A stretch of 32,000 nucleotides of DNA from Candidatus Saccharimonadota bacterium (GTDB lineage: Bacteria > Pseudomonadota > Gammaproteobacteria > Enterobacterales > Enterobacteriaceae): positions 210,001 to 242,000 of the forward strand of contig NZ_LT667503.1 of assembly GCF_900128735.1 (NCBI RefSeq), written 5' to 3'. Position numbers and translations under genes: made by a program. Shown here piece by piece: positions 28,075 through 32,000 of this stretch. The notes beneath the pieces are model-generated. The model saw nothing but the letters and a program-made list of their open reading frames with translations, was not told the origin of the DNA and did not search any database. The number at the start of each line of letters is the position of its first letter. Positions within the stretch are counted from its first letter, which is position 1.

Positions 28075-28770
28075 ATGAATAAAATTAAAGTAATTTTTAT
28101 GAGACACGGAGAAAGCGAATGGAATCAATCTAATCAATTTACAGGATGGCAAGATGTTTCTTTATCAGAAAAAGGGAAACAAGAAGCGAGTTCCGCTGGA
28201 AGACTCTTAAAAAAACACGGATTTTCTTTTAATTATGCTTATACCTCTATGTTAAGTCGAGCAATTTATACGTTATGGCACGTATTGGAAGTATTAGATG
28301 AATTATGGATTCCTATTAAAAAATCATGGAAATTAAATGAACGTCACTATGGTGCTTTAGAGGGTTTAAATAAAAAAAAAATTCAGGATACATATAGCAA
28401 AGAACAGATACAATTATGGAGAAGAAGTTTTATTCATACCCCGCCAGCTTTAAATATTACGGATAAACGATATCCTGGTTATGATCGAAAATACATTTCT
28501 TTATGTGAAAATGAAATTCCTAAATCTGAAAGTCTAGAAAATACTTACCATCGGGTTATTCCATATTGGAAAAATATTATTATACCGATGATTAAAAATA
28601 AAAAAAATATTATTGTTGTTGCTCATGGTAATTCTTTGCGAGCATTAATAAAATATTTAAATAATATTGATAATGATAATATAATTAACTTAAATATTTC
28701 TACAGGAATTCCAATTGTGTATGAATTTTCAGAAAATTTATGTCCATTAAATTATTATTACTTAAAATAA
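28075..28770 (+). CDS. gpmA: 2,3-bisphosphoglycerate-dependent phosphoglycerate mutase
   Basis: MRHGESEWN contains the catalytic His. SWKLNERHYGAL and AHGNSLRAL (second His) are present. The protein is colinear with E. coli GpmA, and the flexible C-terminal tail is shortened (231 vs 250 aa). Confidence 0.9.
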   Translation: MNKIKVIFMRHGESEWNQSNQFTGWQDVSLSEKGKQEASSAGRLLKKHGFSFNYAYTSMLSRAIYTLWHVLEVLDELWIPIKKSWKLNERHYGALEGLNKKKIQDTYSKEQIQLWRRSFIHTPPALNITDKRYPGYDRKYISLCENEIPKSESLENTYHRVIPYWKNIIIPMIKNKKNIIVVAHGNSLRALIKYLNNIDNDNIINLNISTGIPIVYEFSENLCPLNYYYLK

Positions 28771-28963
28771 AATCACATATTAAAATTTATAATAAATTAA
28801 TTATATTTATAATAATATTACTTCTTTTATTAAGAGAATATAAAAAATATTAAGTATAAAAAAAATAAAATATTTTTTTAAAAAAAATATTTATATTTTG
28901 ATCTTAAAAGTACACGAAGATACTTAATATATAAATGATAATGTTAGAGGGTGTGTTATCGCA

Positions 28964-29926
28964 ATGATTAAAACAATTGGCATATTAACGAGTGGTGGCG
29001 ATGCACCCGGAATGAATGCTGTGATTCAAGCAGTAGTTTGTACAGCTTTGAATAAAAGAATACATGTTATAGGTATTCAAGATGGCTTTTTAGGTTTATA
29101 TAAAAATCGTATGATACAACTTGATAAATCTAGTGTGTTAAATATTATGAATCAAGGTGGTACCATTTTAGGATCTTCCCGTTTTCCAGAATTTTCTCAA
29201 GAAGAAATTCGATCAGTTGCTGTAAAAAAAATTTCTCAAAGAGGTATAGATTGTTTAGTAATTATTGGTGGAGACGGATCATATATTGGTGCAAAGCATT
29301 TAACTAATATGGGGATTCCTTGTATCGGTATTCCAGGAACTATTGATAATGATGTAGCAGGAACCGATTATGCAATCGGATATTTTACTGCTTTAGAAAC
29401 TATTGTTGAAGCAATTGATAAATTACGAGATACCTCTTCTTCTCATCAGCGTATATCTATTGTAGAAATTATGGGACGTTATTGTGGTGATCTTACCTTA
29501 GCTGCCTCTATTGCAGGTGGTTGTGAGTTTATTATGGTTCCAGAAATAAAATATAAAAAAGAAAATTTATTATTAGATATAAAAAATAGTCTAAAAAATG
29601 GAAAAAAAGACGCAATCGTTGCTGTTACTGAATATTTATATGATGTAAAAAAATTAGCAAAATATATTGAAAAAAAAACAAAAAAAGAAACAAGAGTAAC
29701 GACATTAGGATATATACAAAGAGGAGGAACTCCTGTTGTTTATGATAGAATTTTAGCGGCTCGCATGGGGTACTATGCAGTACAATTACTTTTAGAAGGA
29801 AAAAAAGGAAGATGTATTGGGATTATTAATGATATGCTAGTTCATCATGACATAAGTATAGCACTTCAAGGCTTGAAAAAACCTTTTAAAATGGATTGGT
29901 TAAAAATCGTAAAAAATTTATATTAG
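28964..29926 (+). CDS. pfkA: ATP-dependent 6-phosphofructokinase
   Basis: The 320-aa protein aligns without gaps to E. coli PfkA (also 320 aa). [33 protein letters not shown] and GYIQRGG are present. Confidence 0.95.
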   Translation: MIKTIGILTSGGDAPGMNAVIQAVVCTALNKRIHVIGIQDGFLGLYKNRMIQLDKSSVLNIMNQGGTILGSSRFPEFSQEEIRSVAVKKISQRGIDCLVIIGGDGSYIGAKHLTNMGIPCIGIPGTIDNDVAGTDYAIGYFTALETIVEAIDKLRDTSSSHQRISIVEIMGRYCGDLTLAASIAGGCEFIMVPEIKYKKENLLLDIKNSLKNGKKDAIVAVTEYLYDVKKLAKYIEKKTKKETRVTTLGYIQRGGTPVVYDRILAARMGYYAVQLLLEGKKGRCIGIINDMLVHHDISIALQGLKKPFKMDWLKIVKNLY

Positions 29927-29961
29927 TTTCTTTTTCTTTTTTTCTTTTCGAAAGAATAATA

Positions 29962-29982
29962 AGTGCCGGGTATCCCGGCGCT
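29962..29982. terminator. Short GC-rich hairpin between convergent pfkA and tpiA; a candidate terminator, better suited to the tpiA direction
   Basis: agtgccggg - tat - cccggcgct forms a 9-bp stem with six consecutive G:C pairs and one G:U. On the minus strand the hairpin is followed by UAUUAUUCUUUCG. On the plus strand it is followed by a less U-rich flank. Confidence 0.45.
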
Positions 29983-30109
29983 TAAATAAATCATTCATTT
30001 AAAAAAATCATACCGACGATAAAAAATATTTTTTTATTCAAAAAAAAACGTATCTTAAAATAAAAATTGACCACATTTTTTTTTAAAAAATAAATTAATT
30101 AAGAAAGTT

Positions 30110-30874
30110 TTATTTATTTATAATTTTTATAATTTTTGTAAATTCTTCTAAACATAAAGAGGCTCCACCAATTAAAAATCCATCAATATCATTTTGACAG
30201 ATTAACTCTTGAGCATTATTTTTTGTTACTGAACCTCCATATTGAATAAAAAAATTTTTAATTTGATTATTAGACTTACTTTTAATATAGTTTCGTATAA
30301 AATGAGATATAATTTGAACTTCTTTAGGCGATGCAGATTGTCCTGACCCTATCGCCCAAATCGGTTCATATGCAACAATGGTATTATTAAATGCATTTTC
30401 TCCACATAAATCAAATATTACATCTATTTGTTTTTTACATACTTCCTTTGTTTTTTTCTCTTTATGTTCTTGACTAGTTTCTCCTATGCATAATACTGGT
30501 ATGATTTTTTCTTGTTTTAACATATGAAATTTTTTAGCAATTATATGGTTATCTTCATAATGATTTACACGTCTCTCAGAATGACCTATAATAACATAAT
30601 GAATTTCTAAATCTTTTAACATAATAGGAGAAATTTCTCCGGTAAAAGGTCCGGAAAAATGTGTATCAACATTCTGCGCGCCTAAAAAAAAATTTGCTTG
30701 ATCAGAAGAAAGAATATTTTGAATAAAATTAGTATACAATATAGGGGGTGCGATCACTATGGTACAAACTTTATAATATTTTATAAGAAATTGGTTTAAT
30801 GGTTTTAAAATATTTTTAATAAATTTTTTGCTACCATTTAATTTCCAGTTACCGATAATAATTGGTTTAATCAT
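30110..30874 (-). CDS. tpiA: Triosephosphate isomerase
   Basis: IIGNWKLNG, IIGHSERR, CIGE, AYEPIWAIGSG and QYGGSV are colinear with E. coli TpiA. The ATG at 30874 (MIKPIIIGNWK) fits the E. coli spacing (MRHPLVMGNWK). A GTG at 30886 is the alternative used by the ORF track. Confidence 0.9.
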   Translation of the reverse strand: MIKPIIIGNWKLNGSKKFIKNILKPLNQFLIKYYKVCTIVIAPPILYTNFIQNILSSDQANFFLGAQNVDTHFSGPFTGEISPIMLKDLEIHYVIIGHSERRVNHYEDNHIIAKKFHMLKQEKIIPVLCIGETSQEHKEKKTKEVCKKQIDVIFDLCGENAFNNTIVAYEPIWAIGSGQSASPKEVQIISHFIRNYIKSKSNNQIKNFFIQYGGSVTKNNAQELICQNDIDGFLIGGASLCLEEFTKIIKIINK

Positions 30875-31012
30875 ACTCTTAATCACCTTTCTTTAGCAAT
30901 CATTAAAGAAGAGCACTGGATATCCTAATAATTGCTGAACTATAAAATATAAATATTTATAAAATATATTTTATATAAAAATTATAAAAAAATTAATTTT
31001 TTTATTTTCATA

Positions 31013-31300
31013 TTATTTAGAAAAACAATTAGTACGTTCTCGTAATTGTTTTCCCGGTTTAAAATGAGGAACATATTTTCCATTTAAATTTACTTTTTCT
31101 CCTGTTTTCGGATTTCTACCTACACGTGCAAAACGGTAATGTAAAGAAAAACTACCGAATCCTCGGATTTCAATTCGACTTCCTTTTTCTAAGGATAGCG
31201 ACATATATTCTAAAATATCTTTTACAATACATTCAATAATTTTTGCTTGAATATAATTTTTTTTTTCAGTAATTCTTTCAAATAATTCTGATTTATTCAT
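31013..31300 (-). CDS. ihfB: Integration host factor beta subunit
   Basis: [15 protein letters not shown] and [29 protein letters not shown] are nearly identical to E. coli IhfB. The 95-aa gene lies directly downstream of rpsA, as in E. coli. Confidence 0.92.
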   Translation of the reverse strand: MNKSELFERITEKKNYIQAKIIECIVKDILEYMSLSLEKGSRIEIRGFGSFSLHYRFARVGRNPKTGEKVNLNGKYVPHFKPGKQLRERTNCFSK

Positions 31301-31382
31301 ATATCCTCTAAATAATTTTTATTGATAATATAAAATCATTATTCAGAAATTTTTTGATTTTTAAAAATATATATAGTTTATA

Positions 31383-32000
31383 TTATTCAGTAATTATACT
31401 GTTTATTTTTAAAAGAGCGTGACTATCATTTGATATATAATGTAAATATACAATTCTATTTTTTTTATCAAATCCAGATATTCTAGCTTGAATTTTCTCT
31501 CCGATATTATTTATTGATAAATATTTTTCTCGATATTCCGCTGGGATATCAATGGTTTTTAAGCACCCTTCTATTCCTCTTTCTAATATTAAAAAAATTA
31601 TTTTCTCTTCAATTAAACGTATAATACCTGATACTATTGTATTTTTTTTATTTTTTGTTATATATATATTAAAAGGATCTTCTGTTAATTGTTTAATACC
31701 TAAAGATATGCGTTCACGCTCTGAATCTACTTGTAAAACAATAGCAGAAATATCATCTCCTTTTTTATATTTTTTTACCGATTTCTCACCAGAGCAATAC
31801 CATGAAAGATCTGATAAGTGTACTAATCCATCAATACCTCCATTTAATCCAATAAAAATACCAAAATCTGTAATAGATTTTATTTTTCCGGAAACAGTAC
31901 AACCCTTTTTATTTTGTTCAGAAAATTGATTCCACGGATTAATTGTGCATTGTTTAATGCCTAACGAAATTCTTCTTCTTTCTTCATCAATATTTAAAAT
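31383..32000 (-). CDS. rpsA: 30S ribosomal protein S1, 3' part (the 5' end lies beyond the window)
   Basis: I hand-translated about 300 nt (31383 to about 31620) of the minus strand, which ends at TAA 31383-31385. It reads ..RLIEEKIIFLILERGIEGCLKTIDIPAEYREKYLSINNIGEKIQARISGFDKKNRIVYLHY..ITE*. This parallels the last S1 domain of E. coli (..[36 protein letters not shown]). I did not check the frame beyond about 31620. The ORF is absent from the ORF track only because it has no start inside the window. Confidence 0.85.
   Translation of the reverse strand: MLNIDEERRRISLGIKQCTINPWNQFSEQNKKGCTVSGKIKSITDFGIFIGLNGGIDGLVHLSDLSWYCSGEKSVKKYKKGDDISAIVLQVDSERERISLGIKQLTEDPFNIYITKNKKNTIVSGIIRLIEEKIIFLILERGIEGCLKTIDIPAEYREKYLSINNIGEKIQARISGFDKKNRIVYLHYISNDSHALLKINSIITE

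Noticed and set aside
31552-31929. A 125-aa plus-strand ORF
   Set aside because: It is antisense to rpsA. The minus-strand frame gives clear S1-domain homology and is missing from the ORF track only because its start lies outside the window.
1-32000. A novel defence, mobile or secretion system, CRISPR array, tRNA or rRNA gene anywhere in the window
   Set aside because: Every ORF of 95 aa or more (other than the listed antisense artefacts) is a recognisable housekeeping orthologue in conserved order. The spacers contain no direct-repeat arrays, no tRNA-like GC-rich cloverleaf segments (no GGTTCGAATCC-type T-arm) and no transposase or integrase remnants that I can recognise.

Overview
This window is extremely AT-rich (by eye about one G/C per five bases) and densely packed with housekeeping genes. 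Every protein has a clear E. coli-type counterpart. The gene order is (marC-like)-lipB-lipA / sppA-yciA-yciC-trpA-trpB-trpC-trpD / yedA-rluB / suhB / rlmN-hisS-glyA / mfd / gapA / fldA / ybgI-sucA-sucB-gpmA-pfkA / tpiA-ihfB-rpsA. That order matches what I recall for Buchnera aphidicola, the obligate aphid endosymbiont; the organism call is an inference from synteny and composition. I support 25 complete and 2 window-truncated CDS. I found no rRNA, tRNA, IS or phage genes, CRISPR arrays, toxin-antitoxin genes or defence-like genes. I do not see a novel multi-gene system, and saying otherwise would be invention. The points worth a second look are signatures of reductive evolution. (1) The lipA 5' end is split by an A16 tract, with the upstream ATG one base out of frame. 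(2) A perfect 40-bp inverted repeat lies between the convergent lipA and sppA genes. (3) SuhB has most inositol-monophosphatase metal and catalytic residues replaced. (4) Mfd consists only of the RNAP-binding and translocase part. (5) PfkA has substituted effector-site arginines. (6) The SucB E3-binding domain is degenerate. (7) An isolated GC-rich hairpin sits in the pfkA/tpiA spacer. (8) Several synteny gaps (yciB, rodZ-ispG) and unusually long non-coding spacers may be gene relics.
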